From NCBI RefSeq assembly GCF_009914755.1, contig NC_060926.1: DNA of 64,000 nt; one strand, given 5' to 3'. Under the pieces are notes generated by a model. The model had not been told where the DNA came from and did not search any database. It worked only from the letters and a program-made list of their open reading frames with translations. Position 1 is the stretch's first letter, and the number at the start of each line of letters is the position of its first letter. Shown here one piece after another: positions 17,365 to 36,759 of this stretch. Position numbers and translations under genes: made by a program. Origin of the DNA: the human T2T-CHM13v2.0 reference genome, Homo sapiens.

Positions 17365-18344
17365 TCAAAAACTAAAGATGAGGTCTTGTTTTGTAAATCT
17401 CAAGAGGCCCTTTACACGAAACACAAAACAGGACTTAGACCAGGAAAAGCCTTAGGTTTTGTCTAGCCTTAAGAATCATACTAAACCCAGAAGAATCAAA
17501 TTGCCTCAAATTCTCCTCCTTTCGCTGGTTCTAGCTGCCTGCACTCTGTGCTTGTATAGCATTGGACAAGCCACTCAGCTCTCCGTCCTTCAATTTCTCT
17601 GCCTGTGCAGAGAATGGTCTTGCTCATGGAGCCCAGCCCTCCACTACTCTGAATAGATGGCTCCTTACACCAGCTATGAAAGGCTATGGGTCCCCAGCTC
17701 CAGGCTTCCAATGGACGCCAGTGCTGTGTCTTCAGAGAATGGGCTCCCCCAAGTCACCCATGTCTAGTCAATGCCACTTGCAGACCACGGGTGAGGCCAC
17801 AGGCACGAATATTTGTAGGGGCCCTGCTTTGTGTGAAGACAGGCAGCAGACAGGCTGGCACCTCCTTCAAGTGTCCAAGAGCCTGGCCTCTCTCTTCAGT
17901 GATGGACGAGGAGGTGGACAGCTCCTGCCACAGGGGTGCCTGCTGGGGGAGGCCACAGAAGCCTGATCACCTGTAGTCACATATGTCAAATAAGAACCAA
18001 GAATTTAGACACTTCCTACACTCAGATCTTTCAGGGAAAAAAAAAATGTTGGTTTTATCAGCACCTGGATTTATCTGACTCAGCTGAATTGAATGTGGGC
18101 CATTTCATAAGCACTAGTGGAGGTCTTCCCAGGGACAGCCCCAGGGCTCATAAGAGGGAGGGAGAATCAGAAGGAGTAGAGGGGTGTTCTGGAGTCTCCT
18201 CAGCCCCCTTGGTGAGCCTGACTCTGGGGGTTTCAGGATACAGTGGGAGTGGAGGGGCTGGTTTTCAAAGAAAGAACCTGGACACAGTCAGAGCTACTGG
18301 TGTGGAAAGATGCTTGATGGAAAAGGAACAAAATGAGATTTTCT

Positions 18345-20260
18345 GAAAATGGCAGATAAGAGACAGGACTTAGGTACAGCTCCCACTTGGATGGACAGAA
18401 CAGTGTGTGGAGACTCACATTGTTAACTGTTGCTCCAAGAACTACTGCTGGAACATACCAGAAAAACCAAAAGAATTCACAGACCTTTGAAAGAAGCAGA
18501 ATGCTACTGCAAACTCCATGAGACAGCTGCAAAACTGTGAGTTCCCAAAGTGTGAGAAGGGGAAAGTCTGCCTCTGAACACACATCCTCTCTGGGGACCT
18601 GAACATCCAGATCATAGGAGAAGGATTTAACCTTACCTAGAGCGCAAGTGGATTTAGGGAGCCAAGTGAAATGTAAAAGTAGAAGAAGCAGTGGGAAGAG
18701 CCCTGTAGCCACTCCCTGTCCCCAGCTTGAGCCCAGGGAAGCCATTCCTGACTTTATCCTACAGGGGTCCTTGTAGAAGGAAGCCAGTGGAATTAGGGAG
18801 GGGCAGGATTAAGGAAGCTTCTAGCTCAACTTATTAATTTCAACTAGAAGCATGAATTTTCCTGAGCAGAATCTTGGGGGCAAACAAGAAGTGCAGATAA
18901 AAGCACAGAAGCCACAGCCAACAGTGTGGGCAGGTGGGGAGGGGCAAGGCCTGAAAGCCCTGTTTGCTTTCTCAGAGAGAAGGCTTGTGGCCTGGGGTGA
19001 GATCTCTGCCCTGTGCACTGTTGGCAGGGCACAGCAGGAGTGAGACTGGCCTTGCTGGCTGCATGGGAGCTAGGTGAGGCTTGTGACTGCCAGCTTTCCC
19101 AACTTCCCTAGCAACCTGTATGACACAGCAGAGGAAGCCATAATACCCCTGGGAACAGAACTCCACTGGCCTGAGAACCAGCCCCCTATTCCCCCACAGT
19201 GGCCACAGCAAGCCTCACCCGAGGAGAGTCTGAGCTCAGATATGCCTAATGCTGCCCCAACCTGATGGTCTTTCTCTACCTTTGCTGGTAGCTGAAGACA
19301 AAAGACATAAACTCTTGGGAGCTCTATGGCCCCGCCCATAACCTGAGAAACCCAAATACCCTGGCCAACGTAGGGCAACCTTGTAATCCCCCTTCTACTA
19401 CCGCAGCTGGTGGCAGTGGAAGGGGAAAGCACCTCAAAAGTGCCACCTCCTCTCTTGAAAGTGCCACCTCCTGGCTGGAGACCAACCAACTCACGCCATT
19501 ATAGCAACTCATAACAGAAGAACCCTGCTCCAAAGAAAGAGAAAACAACAACTAATTCCACTGCCTGCAACATCCTGGCTAACCAGAGGTCCTGAGTCTG
19601 TCCACATGACAACTTCACTGCTCGCATAACCAGCGTTTGAGAAAACCAGTGCACGAAAGAAAACTACAACCAAGGACCCTCACAGAATCCACTTAAGTCC
19701 CCTGCCACCTCCACTGGAGCAGGTGCTGGTATCCATGGCTGGGAGACCTGAAGACAGATCACATCACAGGACTCTTTGCAGACATTCCTCAGCACCAGTT
19801 CAGATCCCAGTAATTCTGCTGGGTGGATAGACCCAGAAGGGCAATGGCAATCACTGCAGTCTGGCTCTCAGGAAGCCCCATCCTTAGGGAAAGGGGGTGA
19901 GCACCACATCAAGGGATCACCCTGTGGGACAAAAGGATCTGAGGGGCAGCCCTTGAGTTCTAGATCTTTCCACTGAAACAGTCTACCTGAATGAGAAGGA
20001 ACCAGAAATGTTAATTCTGGTAATATGACAAAACAAGGTTCTATAAGACCCCCAAAAGGTCGCACTAACTCTCCAGCTATGGATCCAAACCAAGAAGAAA
20101 TCTCTGAATTGCCAGATAAAGAATTCAGAAGGTTGATTATTAAACTACTCAAGGAGGTACTAGAGAAAGGTGAAAATTAACTTAGAGAAATTTAAAAAAC
20201 AATACAGGATATGGATGAAAAAGTCTCTAGATAAATAGATATCATAAAGAAAAAGACAAT
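18345..20260 (+). mobile_element. L1PB-type 5' UTR plus start of ORF1, 3'-truncated
   Basis: gaaaatggcagataagagacaggact...gctcccact...ggagactcacat resembles the L1PBa 5' end; ORF1-like sequence from ~19991. Confidence 0.8.
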
Positions 20261-20261
20261 C

Positions 20262-20647
<386 letters not shown>

Positions 20648-21119
20648 TTAAAAGGTGAACCAAAATCTTTTACTATCTCTACTTCATAAAAGCATTGTTT
20701 AAAAAGAGAAAATAAAATTTTACTCTTGTATTATTGTAATATTTATTAATATTAAAGCGAATTTTGATAAAACCTAAACAATTTTTTTCTTGAAAATCCT
20801 TTTTAACAACCAAGCATTTTTAGAGTTAAGCAGCCTGTGAAAAAGAACGCAAAATAAATAAATTTTAAAAATGAAATAAAAAAACAAAAAGCCAAGCACA
20901 TGTGCCCTAATGGGAGGTGCCCTGGAGACCCCGGCCTTCTCTCCCTCTTGCTTGCTGGAGATTTCCTTGGGATCTGTGGGGTGGCGAGCATCTTGCAAAC
21001 CCCGGCACATTCGGCGTTGGAGGCCCTGTTTTGAGGCTGGGCAGGCCTCAGAGAGCACAGCCAAGGGCACCTTTCTGCCTTTTCCAGAGATGGCTCCGGG
21101 CTCCCTGTTGGTGGACTTA

Positions 21120-21317
<198 letters not shown>

Positions 21318-21496
21318 TCATAGGGCTGGGGCGGGGGAGCTCTCCGAACCCCAGGCACTTGGCAGTGAGTAGGGGAAACTGGCAGGGAAGGAGAAGAGGT
21401 CCTTCAGGCGGTGCAGGAAGCACCTGCGGCTCCTCCCGCCAGACCATAAACCTGGCTTCCCTAGGTCTCTACAAGAGCCTCTGAAACCTGAAGGAC

Positions 21497-21520
21497 CACA
21501 CACACACGCACCCACGCGCG

Positions 21521-21551
<31 letters not shown>

Positions 21552-21558
21552 ATGCATA
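21497..21558. repeat. Compound (CA)n(CG)7(CA)n microsatellite
   Basis: Read directly in intron 13. Confidence 0.95.
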
Positions 21559-21695
21559 AACAGTTTTTAATTTCCTTCAAACAACATATGCAAATTCTGA
21601 TATTTAGCATCTATGACAGATTTCAAAATCAAGAGCATGCCTGAGGTACATATCTGAGACTCTTCCCCTATGTTTGTAAAGTTAGATCTTGTATA

Positions 21696-21990
<295 letters not shown>

Positions 21991-22224
21991 CTGTATCTTG
22001 TGTAATTTGTATTTCCGTTTTCTGCCCTTTCCAAGTTTCTCTGCTCCTCTTGGGGTTTGTTTAGGCATGCCTCTTTTCTCCAACTCTAATAATTATAATT
22101 ATAATAATAATAATAATAATAGCTTCAAGATCTTCAAAGTAGCAGGGGAAATAATTTGCAAATTGAGTATTTGAGTTTGAATTTCTCAGTTCTCACGATT
22201 TCACTGAACTTTGTTTTCTTTCTT

Positions 22225-22530
<306 letters not shown>

Positions 22531-23391
22531 GAACTTTGGCTTCTTAACCTATAGATGGAGCATTTTCCAGGCACTCTGAGTGAAAAGCCTCTCCTGTAGA
22601 ACCTGACTAATACACTTGTGTGCAGCATGTACAGGTGATCCTGAATGCATGCGCATGCCCACAGGGAGACCTGGGGCTTCTGGTTTAGGTGTGGCCCAGA
22701 GATGCCCTGCTGAGGCCTCTGACACTTTCATCTTGACCTTTCTGCTACCATTAACCTGAGGGATCAAGAACCTTCCTTCCCTGGGGTTTCTGAGATGATG
22801 GGAGAAAACCAAAGCACAGCCTCCTCCTGTCCCTGACGCTTCTGCTCAGAAGCCAGCAATGGCCTGTGGCACCAAAGCCAAGGCCCTGTGCTTGGCTTCC
22901 AGGCCCTCCACCATGTGGCCTCAGCCCCTTCACTGCTGCTGGGCTGGTCTCCCCACTCTCAGCTCTGGCACCCCCACTCATTCTTACCTCTAGGCCTGTC
23001 TTCACAACTCTGCCCCGTGGAAAGAATGACCTGCAATCCCCCACATTCTATCCCCTGTCAAGGCCCAGCTCAGCTGATGTCCTGCCTTGTCCATGAAATC
23101 TCCTGGGTCTACCCAGCCTACCCTGATCTCATCTTCTGAGTTTTCTTTGTACTGAAGAGCCTGGGGAATGGGATGGAGAACTGTCTTTCCAGCTGATCTG
23201 TCAGCAGCTTGAGGAGCCGAATGGAATCCTCTCCTTCCATGGACCCCTCCCCCTGGCCCTGGCTCGGGCAAATGGTAGGTGCTCGGCAAAGTTGTGCAGA
23301 TGGGCCGGGCGCTCATCGGTTTTGCTGGAGATCACAGTTCGCAGATCAGACCTTTAGGCACAGCCTGCTCTGGGGAACTTACCCTAACTAG

Positions 23392-23799
<408 letters not shown>

Positions 23800-24509
23800 T
23801 GAGAATTCACACTTGATTCCCGCCAGCCTTGGAGCGGTGGGCATGTTCCCGTGGGCAGTGACTGCCGCTTCCTGCGCTTCCTCACACCACACCTCTCACC
23901 CCACCTGCATGATTCTCAAGCCCCCAGCATGCGCCCTGGGGGCCGACAGCTTGGCTGCAAATCTCAGCTCTATCTCTTAATAGCTGGGTGATCTTGCCCT
24001 AATCTTTGCGCCTCACTTTACTCGTATTTAAATAGAAATAAAGATACCAACAGAAGATGGGTAAACGTTGGCTGCTAATGTTGCTACTCCTTCCTTGACA
24101 AGAAGGGGCGGGCGGGTAAGGAAGGACGCTTTGGTGCAGACCATCGCCACCTGCTGGCCAAGTGATGCAAAGCACACGCCTGACTGTCAGCCACTGCCAC
24201 CCACATTCACACGTGCGGTGATGAAATAGGATAGGATGAGCTGGGATTTGTCTGTGGAGTGGCATAGTGGGGTTGCTCAGAGGTGGATAGCCTTGGAACA
24301 GATTTCCTGGCTGTTCCACAATATAATAACCATAATAGCAAACCCCTCTGTCAAGCATATAGCAGTGCCAGGTGCTGGGCTAAGCTTTACATATACGATC
24401 ACATGTAACTTCCCAGCAAGCAAAGAAGCTCAGTCATGGTAACTTGCCCGAGACATGCCTCTGTGACCCCGACGCCCATGCCCTCACCACTGCGGGCACC
24501 AGGCCCTTA

Positions 24510-24815
<306 letters not shown>

Positions 24816-25960
24816 TCAGTTGCTGTTGCACTGAGGACAGGGCCACCTCTTCATAGTTGTAGCTTGAGGTGACAGTAACTGACCTGGGCACTGGCCCTGG
24901 TGCTCAACAAATGCTTCCTGGCTGCCCTTGGATGGGTCCTGCAGAGGAGAAGGGAGAACCCACAAGCCTCCAGGCTCCGGGTTCTCTTTCTCACCACTGA
25001 GCGGCTGCACTTCCTCATCAAAGTGCCCAAGGAGCAAACAGAACTTTCTGGGGAGGGCTGAAATGCAAGGCTTTCCTGACTTTCCGGGCAAAGCATAACT
25101 CTTAATGGGCTTTCACAGCCCCAGAGTGGGGAACCGTTTGACCTATTTTCTCTAATGAGGCCTAGGCCATCCTTATCATGTGCGGGGATACGTGGCACCC
25201 AAACACTATGATGCTGGGGGTTTGAGAGCCTTCTGTAGTCTCTCCAAATCCTCTCCTCACCCACTGGCTGCTGCTGGGAATGTGGGGTGAGGGCAGCTTC
25301 CACTCATGGTCAGAGATGAGGCATGGAACACACATGCCCTGGTAAAGAGGCTTAAATGCACCCACTCCAAGGTAACACACTAGATATTTTCGTGGAAGCT
25401 GATTCTAATAAGAGATGCATCTGTCATAGTCCATGGCTGCAGTATCACAGTTCACCAGTAAGTGGCTCAATCTAATGATATGACAGCCTAACGTTTCCTG
25501 ACGTTTGAAGTTTTGATTTCAGGAAAAAAGGAAATGTTGTTCTAAATCACCAGTTCTGTGAGTCTGAAATGAGGGATACATTAATTTTGTTTCAAAACTG
25601 TTTCCCCAGCTGGCTAGCAGACCAGAAAATTAAGCCCTTCGTTGCATTTATTAATTTGACTATCTTTGTCAAGTTCTCTTGTGAAGAGTTTGGCAAACCA
25701 AGGCCCATGGTGTTTCTCCCGAGAGAGTTATAGTGCCACAGTTGGCAGACTCTTCCACGGAGCCCAAAGTGGGAACCAATCCAGAGAGAAACCCTTGCCT
25801 TTCCTTCCTGATGCAAAATGTAGGAGAGAGCACCTTCTATCCCTTTCTAGGAGGAGCCAGAGGAGCTGTGCCGTGAACGAGGATCATTCTTTTCCTTCTC
25901 TCCTCTTGTCAGTCAGGGGTTCAGGTGGAAATAAAGGTAGGCCATGCTGGCACCTGCTTC

Positions 25961-26232
25961 CTTTTTTTTTTTTTTTGGAGATGGAGTCTCTCTCCATTGC
26001 TCAGGCTGTAGTGCAATGGTGATCTCAGCTTCTGGGTTCTCCTGCCTTAGCCTCCAGAGTAGTTGGAACTACAGGCATGTGCCACCACACCTCGGTAATT
26101 TTTATATTTTTAGTAGAGATGGGGTCTCACCATGTTGGCCAGGCTGGTCTAGAACTCCTGACCTCAGGTTATCAGCCTGCCTTAGCCTCCCAAAGTGCTG
26201 GGATTACAGGCGTGAGCCACCTTGCCCAGTCG
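25961..26232 (-). mobile_element. AluS with internal deletion
   Basis: Alu consensus lacking part of the right arm. Confidence 0.85.
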
Positions 26233-26335
26233 GCTTCCTAGTAATGTCTCTACTTCCTTGGGTGAAATTCCATGACTGAAAGATGCTGTTCTTAAACTCA
26301 TTGAGTTGGCAAATTAGGGGCACTAATGAGTTTCA

Positions 26336-26558
26336 CAGAATCTAAAGCCCCCAATTTAAGAAATGCCTAGGCTGGAGCAAATCAAATTAGATGGTGACAC
26401 CTAAAGGTGACGTGTGACACTGCAGCCCAGCTCTGTTAGCTACTATAGTCAAACCAGAGAGACTGAAGAAATGGAAATTTCTCTCTAGGAGTTAACTTCA
26501 AACCAATGTTACAGAAAGAATTACCTGTACAAATGATTTTTAAAAACTTAAAGACAAC
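26336..26558 (+). repeat. Local direct duplication, copy 1
   Basis: Roughly 90% identical by eye to 27684-27911. Confidence 0.92.
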
Positions 26559-26719
26559 TTAACCCCACAGACTTTATCACTTTCATCACAGCAAACTTTT
26601 GAGGTGGGCAGGACATCTCCAGTTTGAAGTTGAGGAAACTAAGGTACGAAAAAGTTAGATGATTTTCCCAAGCTCACAAAATCAGGCAATAGCAAAACTA
26701 GGCTTAGATCCTAATAATT

Positions 26720-27409
<690 letters not shown>

Positions 27410-27683
27410 CTAGGAAAACTGGAATTCAAACCCTGGCTCTCCCTCTTATTACCTGGCTGTGTAACTTTGGGTGAGTAATTCAGCCTTTCAGTTTCCTCCT
27501 TGGTGAAATGGGCAGCAGAGAGTGCTTGTGAGAGGGAAATGAAACAGTGTATGAAACCCGCCCACAGCAGCACTGTGTCTGGAAGAGGGAAGGCCACTTG
27601 ATAAATGTTGGCTTCTGTTCCCCTCCTCCAGAAGAGTGGCTCGTACGTCTCAGGCAAAATACCCATAATAGAGATACCTATCG

Positions 27684-27911
27684 CAGAATCTAAAGCCCCC
27701 AATTTAAGAAATGCTTAGGCTGGAGCAAATCAAATCAGATGGTGGCACCTAAAGGTGAAGTGTGACATTGCAGCCCAGCTCTGTTAGCTACTATAGTCAA
27801 ACTAGAGAGACTAAAGAGATGGAATTTCTTTCTATTGAGTTAGCTTCAAACCAATGTTATATTCAGAAAGGACTATATGTACAAATGATTTTTTAAAACT
27901 TAAAAGACAAC
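27684..27911 (+). repeat. Local direct duplication, copy 2
   Basis: cagaatctaaagcccccaatttaagaaatgc...aaaacttaaaagacaac shared with 26336-26558. Confidence 0.92.
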
Positions 27912-27914
27912 CCA

Positions 27915-28437
<523 letters not shown>

Positions 28438-28819
28438 TGAACTCCTGGGCTCAAATGAATTGACAGGAGTTGATAATCTGGAGCTCCTTGGGGACCCATT
28501 GTGATCATTAGGGTTGGAGAATGTAGCTAATGCAACCAGCTGACACGGAGATACCCTGATAGTGAATGCTGCAAGAGAGGCGCCTCTCATGTGTTGAAGG
28601 AGTGTAAACCAAAGGGGCGAACTAGGACCAATGGAGATGCCTCTGATAACGATTTGAGGCACATCTCCTGGTGGCTCTTTCCAGCTGTTACACAGTGTTC
28701 TGAGGAATCACATGAATGAACACAAATTTATTCTTATTAACTCAGAACTAGATAAAAGGGAAACTGGATGGTTCTCAAGGCACAAAAATAGGTCCACAAT
28801 TTCTTATTCAAAACCCTAA

Positions 28820-29830
<1,011 letters not shown>

Positions 29831-30411
29831 AAATCTTTTAGGGTCAGATGTGTTTTGGAATTAAATGTTTCCTTTGAGAAAAGTACCTATCAGCCCCATG
29901 GGCCGCAGACAGCTAGCTCTCCATAGTCAAGCACACTGATATCTCTGCAGCAGAACTTAGGAATGTTTGCTCAGTGCGATAAAGACCATGAGCAGCCTCC
30001 TGTTGGTTTGAGTCAGGTTTCACTACTATTAAATGAGCTCAGGTCAGCCAAACCAATTGTCAGAAACTTTGGGGTTTGGGAATTGTGGAAATAGACTGTA
30101 GACCTGTACAGCCTGACAAACTGTCCTTCCCCACATCAATTTGCCCACATCTCTGATCTCAGAGAGCTTCCCACCTGAGGCCGATCAGAGTCACAGAGCA
30201 AAGAAATGAACCCACCTTGAGGAATTGAGATGTGAAATTCATGTTTAACAATGCAATGCCAGGAGGGAAACCTCTACAGCCCTGAGCAAGAGGCAGGGTT
30301 TCTGCCATGGGGCTTTCTTGGTTGCCTCGTCCTGTGCCATCTGGATTTCAACTCTTGATGTGCTAAGAATGCCATGATTCAAAGAGCCTATGAGCCAGGG
30401 CTGGGACTTAC

Positions 30412-30610
30412 CTGGAGCTGCTGTTCCGTAGCCATAGCCCTGGTAAGCAATGACAAAGGGCTCATTCAACGTGATCCAAAACTTCACCTTGTCTCCCAGC
30501 CTCTGGAAGAGCACATCTGCATACTCCTTAAACCGCTGCACGATGGTCTCATTCTCCCAGCCTCCTACATCTTGGAGCGTCTGTGGTAGGTCCCAGTGGT
30601 AAATGGTCAC
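30412..30610 (-). CDS. LCT: LCT exon 11 (domain IV acid/base TLNEP)
   Basis: [21 protein letters not shown]...[23 protein letters not shown]; 199 nt. Confidence 0.97.
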
Positions 30611-30880
30611 CTGGGAAGAAGCCAGATCAGCTGTTGCATCAGTCATGCTTTCCATGGGAAGCCCTAGGTTAGATGTGCCAGCATCAACGTCTGCTGCAAA
30701 TCCTGAGAGTGACTTATGAGACAAAAAGGCTCAAAGATTTTTTTCTTTTTCTTTTGGGAAAAGGGTAAATTGCTTTCAGGGAGAACTAGATGGCTGAGGT
30801 CAAGGTTGGGAAGGAAACTCTTTTATGCTTTTCAAATTCTGCATCATATGAATTCACTGACAATTAAAAAGTTAAATTTG

Positions 30881-31569
<689 letters not shown>

Positions 31570-31629
31570 TCATTCAGTCAAGCACTCACAGCCTCCTTTC
31601 TTTCACTGGGTGAGTCTCAAGTCAGGACG

Positions 31630-31810
31630 TTTACTCTTTTGTGATAACGCTTAGCTTAAAACAAGCACATTGGTCCATGTGTGGTGGCTCACGCCGGCAA
31701 CCCCAGCGCTATGGGAGGATCGCTCGAGCCCAGGAGTTCAAAACCAGCCTGGGCAACATGGCAAAACCCCATCTCTATAAAAAAAATCAAAAAAATTAGC
31801 CAAGTGTGGT
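31630..31810 (+). repeat. Inverted duplication copy A (Tigger3 fragment + Alu left arm)
   Basis: Reverse complement of 32620-32801. Confidence 0.9.
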
Positions 31811-32184
31811 TACCTCCTCTGGGAGCCTGCTCTGGCCCCCGCTCAGTCTCGGAACTCCCCTGGCTTTCTCTACGCATGTGGCAGGCCCACTCTTGCACAG
31901 AGACAGACGCAGACAGAAGATGGAAAGCAGGAACCACCACTAACTGCCAGGCAAGTCACTCTTGCCTTTTCCATTTTTCTTGCACAAAATAAAACCATCC
32001 TATTTTCTGTATGAGTAAGCCTCATTTTGGCATGAATACAGTAGTGGTGTGATGTTTTTAGGACATCAGAATAAGCTCAGGCCCATGCTGAGAGCCAATG
32101 TGAGCAAACTGCCTGCTTGGAAGGATCTAGCTGGGGAATAAAGGGGTCCAACAGGGACTGGTCATAGTCATGGGCTGTAGAACA

Positions 32185-33325
32185 GTGTTTTGGTCTATGA
32201 CGGACCTGATATATGATGGTGGTCCCATAAGATTATAATGGAGCTGAAACATTCCTATTGCCTAGTGCTTTGCAGCCATCATAACGTTGTAGAGCACTGC
32301 ATTATTCATGCTTGTGGCAGTGCTCATGTCAATAAATCTACCGTATGGCCAGCAGTATAAAAGTATAGCACATGCAGGCCGGGTGCTGTGGCTCAGACCT
32401 GTAATTCCAGCACTTTGGGAGGCTGAGGGAGGAGGATCACTTGAGGCCAGGAGTTCAGACTAGCCCTAGCAACATAGCAAGACCCCCATCTCTACAAAAA
32501 AATTAAAAATAAAAAATTCATTGGGTGTGGTGGCATATGCATGTAATCCCAGCTAATGGGGAGGCTGAGTGATCCTCCTGCCTCAGCCTCCCGAGTAGCT
32601 GGGACTACAGGAGCACACCACCACACTTGGCTAATTTTTTTGATTTTTTTATAGAGATAGGGTTTTGCCATGTCTTGCCCAGGCTGGTTTTGAACTCCTC
32701 GTCTCGAGCGATCCTCCCATAGCACTGGGATTGCAGGCATGAGCCACCACACCTGGACCAATGTGCTTGTTTTAAGCTAAGCATTATCACAAAAGAGTAA
32801 AAAAGTTTAAAGAATTAAAAAGTTAATAAAGTAAAAATGTTACAGTAAGCTAAGGTTAATGTGTTATTGAAGAAAGAAAAACATTTAAAAAATAAACTTA
32901 GTGTAGCTTAAGTGTGCAGTGTTCATAAAGTCCACAGTAGTGTACAGTAATGCCTAGGCCTTCCCATTCACTCACCCCTCACCCACTGACTCACCCAAAG
33001 CAACTCCCAGTCCAGCAGGCTCCATTCATGGTGAGTACCCTGTCCAGCTTTTATGCCATATTTTCACTGTGCCTTTCTACATTTAGATACATTTAGATAC
33101 ACAAATACCACTGTGTTACAACTGCCTACAGCATTCAGTACAGTAACAGGCTGTACAGGTTTGTAGCCTAGGAGCACTAGGCTATACCATGTAGCCTAGG
33201 TGTGTAGTAAGCTACACTATCTAGGTGTGTGTAAGTGCACTCTGTGTGATGTTCACACAACTATGAACTCACCTAACATCACATCTCTCAGAGTAAATCC
33301 CTGTTGTGAGCAATGCGTGACTGTA
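32185..33325. mobile_element. Tigger3-family DNA transposon interrupted by a fused inverted Alu pair (32377-32757)
   Basis: ggtcccataagattataatggagctgaaa...; tacagtaacaggctgtacaggtttgtagcctaggagc...; ends gcgtgactgTA. Confidence 0.8.
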
Positions 33326-33609
33326 TTTGTGTGTCTTTGCCCAAGTACTTCTGCCCAGGCTCCCCCTGCTCCATCTGGCCCTGCAAGCACCCATCTCAGG
33401 ACAGCGAGCCTCACCATGCTGGTCTGGGTAAATTTGGGGGTGTGAAGAAGCCAGGCTGTCTGGAAGAGGACCTCCCAGACCCCATGCTGCCCCTCCATGG
33501 GTCTGCTGGAATCTCCTGTTCATGCATCTGCCCTTCCCAGCACTGAGCCCAGAGCCTGGCACAGGGCAGGTGTGCAGTCACTGGTGTCCCACCATCCTGA
33601 ACTCCTCAC

Positions 33610-33878
33610 CTGATATGCAGCAGAAGCTGCACTCCAGATGAAGCCCTCAGGAAACCGTCCGTACAGAAACTCATCCTCCCTGGCCAGTGGCATGCCGTTG
33701 TTGGTAATGACCTCTGTGTAGTACCTGGCGGAGGCTCTTGCTGTGCGAGGCCTGTTCGTGTTGTTGAAATCAACATGGTACAGTCCAAACTTGACCGTGT
33801 AGCCATTTAGCCACTCAAAGTTGTCCATCAGAGACCAGGCGACATACCCTCGAAGGTCTATACCATCGAGCCTGTAGG
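33610..33878 (-). CDS. LCT: LCT exon 9 (end of domain III, start of domain IV)
   Basis: [22 protein letters not shown]...[15 protein letters not shown]; 269 nt. Confidence 0.97.
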
Positions 33879-34145
33879 CTGGGAACATCCCAAAGGGAGC
33901 AGAGGAGAGCTTGACACCAGGAGTCAGGACCTCCATGCAGCCAACCCACTGCCAGCTCCTCAATTCAAGGTTGTGGTCCTAAAAGTGACATACACCCTGA
34001 GAGACCAACAGATCATCTGTTGATCTTACTTTTCTGCCAGTACCTATGACCCCACAGCAAGCATTAATGACTGATCATCTCCAAATCAAATTCTTCTCTT
34101 GGGGTAAAGAAACATGCCCCAAATTCAAGATCTTCAGCCCACTTA

Positions 34146-34531
<386 letters not shown>

Positions 34532-34918
34532 AGGAAGTTTGAATTAACACAACTTTCTTGTTCTGGGGTGCATGGGATAAGCTCTACGAAGGCAGAAATT
34601 TGTGTTTTGTTCATTGCTGTATTCCCAGCACCTAAAATAGAACTTGCTCAGTAATGAATGAATGGACCCATGACAATATGAATATTCTGCTAGGGACCCT
34701 GTGTGTGTAGTGTTTGTATTTTTCCTCTGCAGAGACAACCATAGCCTTTTTTCCCCCAGCTTCTCAAGGAACATATAACCCCCAAACAGATAAAGAATTA
34801 TGGAGTTGGGACCTAAGAGAGAGATCTATTGATGGTTCATAAATCATCCCGGCAAAACATTTCAGGCATATGACCCAGGGAATGTTGGAAGATTTCTTTA
34901 AGGGGAACTGAACCCTCA

Positions 34919-36493
<1,575 letters not shown>

Positions 36494-36650
36494 TTAGATT
36501 TATTTATTTATGGATTTATTTAATTGAGATGGGGTCTCACTGTGTTGCCCAGGCTGGTCTCAAACTCCTGGACTCAAGTGATCCTCCCAAGTAGCTGGGA
36601 CTGACTACAGGAGTGAGCTAGTGCACCATTATTTTATTTATTTATCTTTT

Positions 36651-36759
36651 AAAGACTAGTCAGTGCAGTAGTGAGAAGGGGGAGAAGGGTATTAGAAGCT
36701 GTTTGATCTGTAACTGGTTGTGAACAGTCAACTGAGATAAGTTATTACCTCGGACCAGC
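36651..36759 (-). pseudogene. Y1 RNA (RNY1) retropseudogene
   Basis: Reverse complement GCTGGTCCGAGGTAATAACTTATCTCAGTTGACTGTTCACAACCAGTTACAGATC...CTTCTCACTACTGCACTGACTAGTCTTT resembles hY1 end to end; followed by an A-rich tail (36629-36650). Confidence 0.88.
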
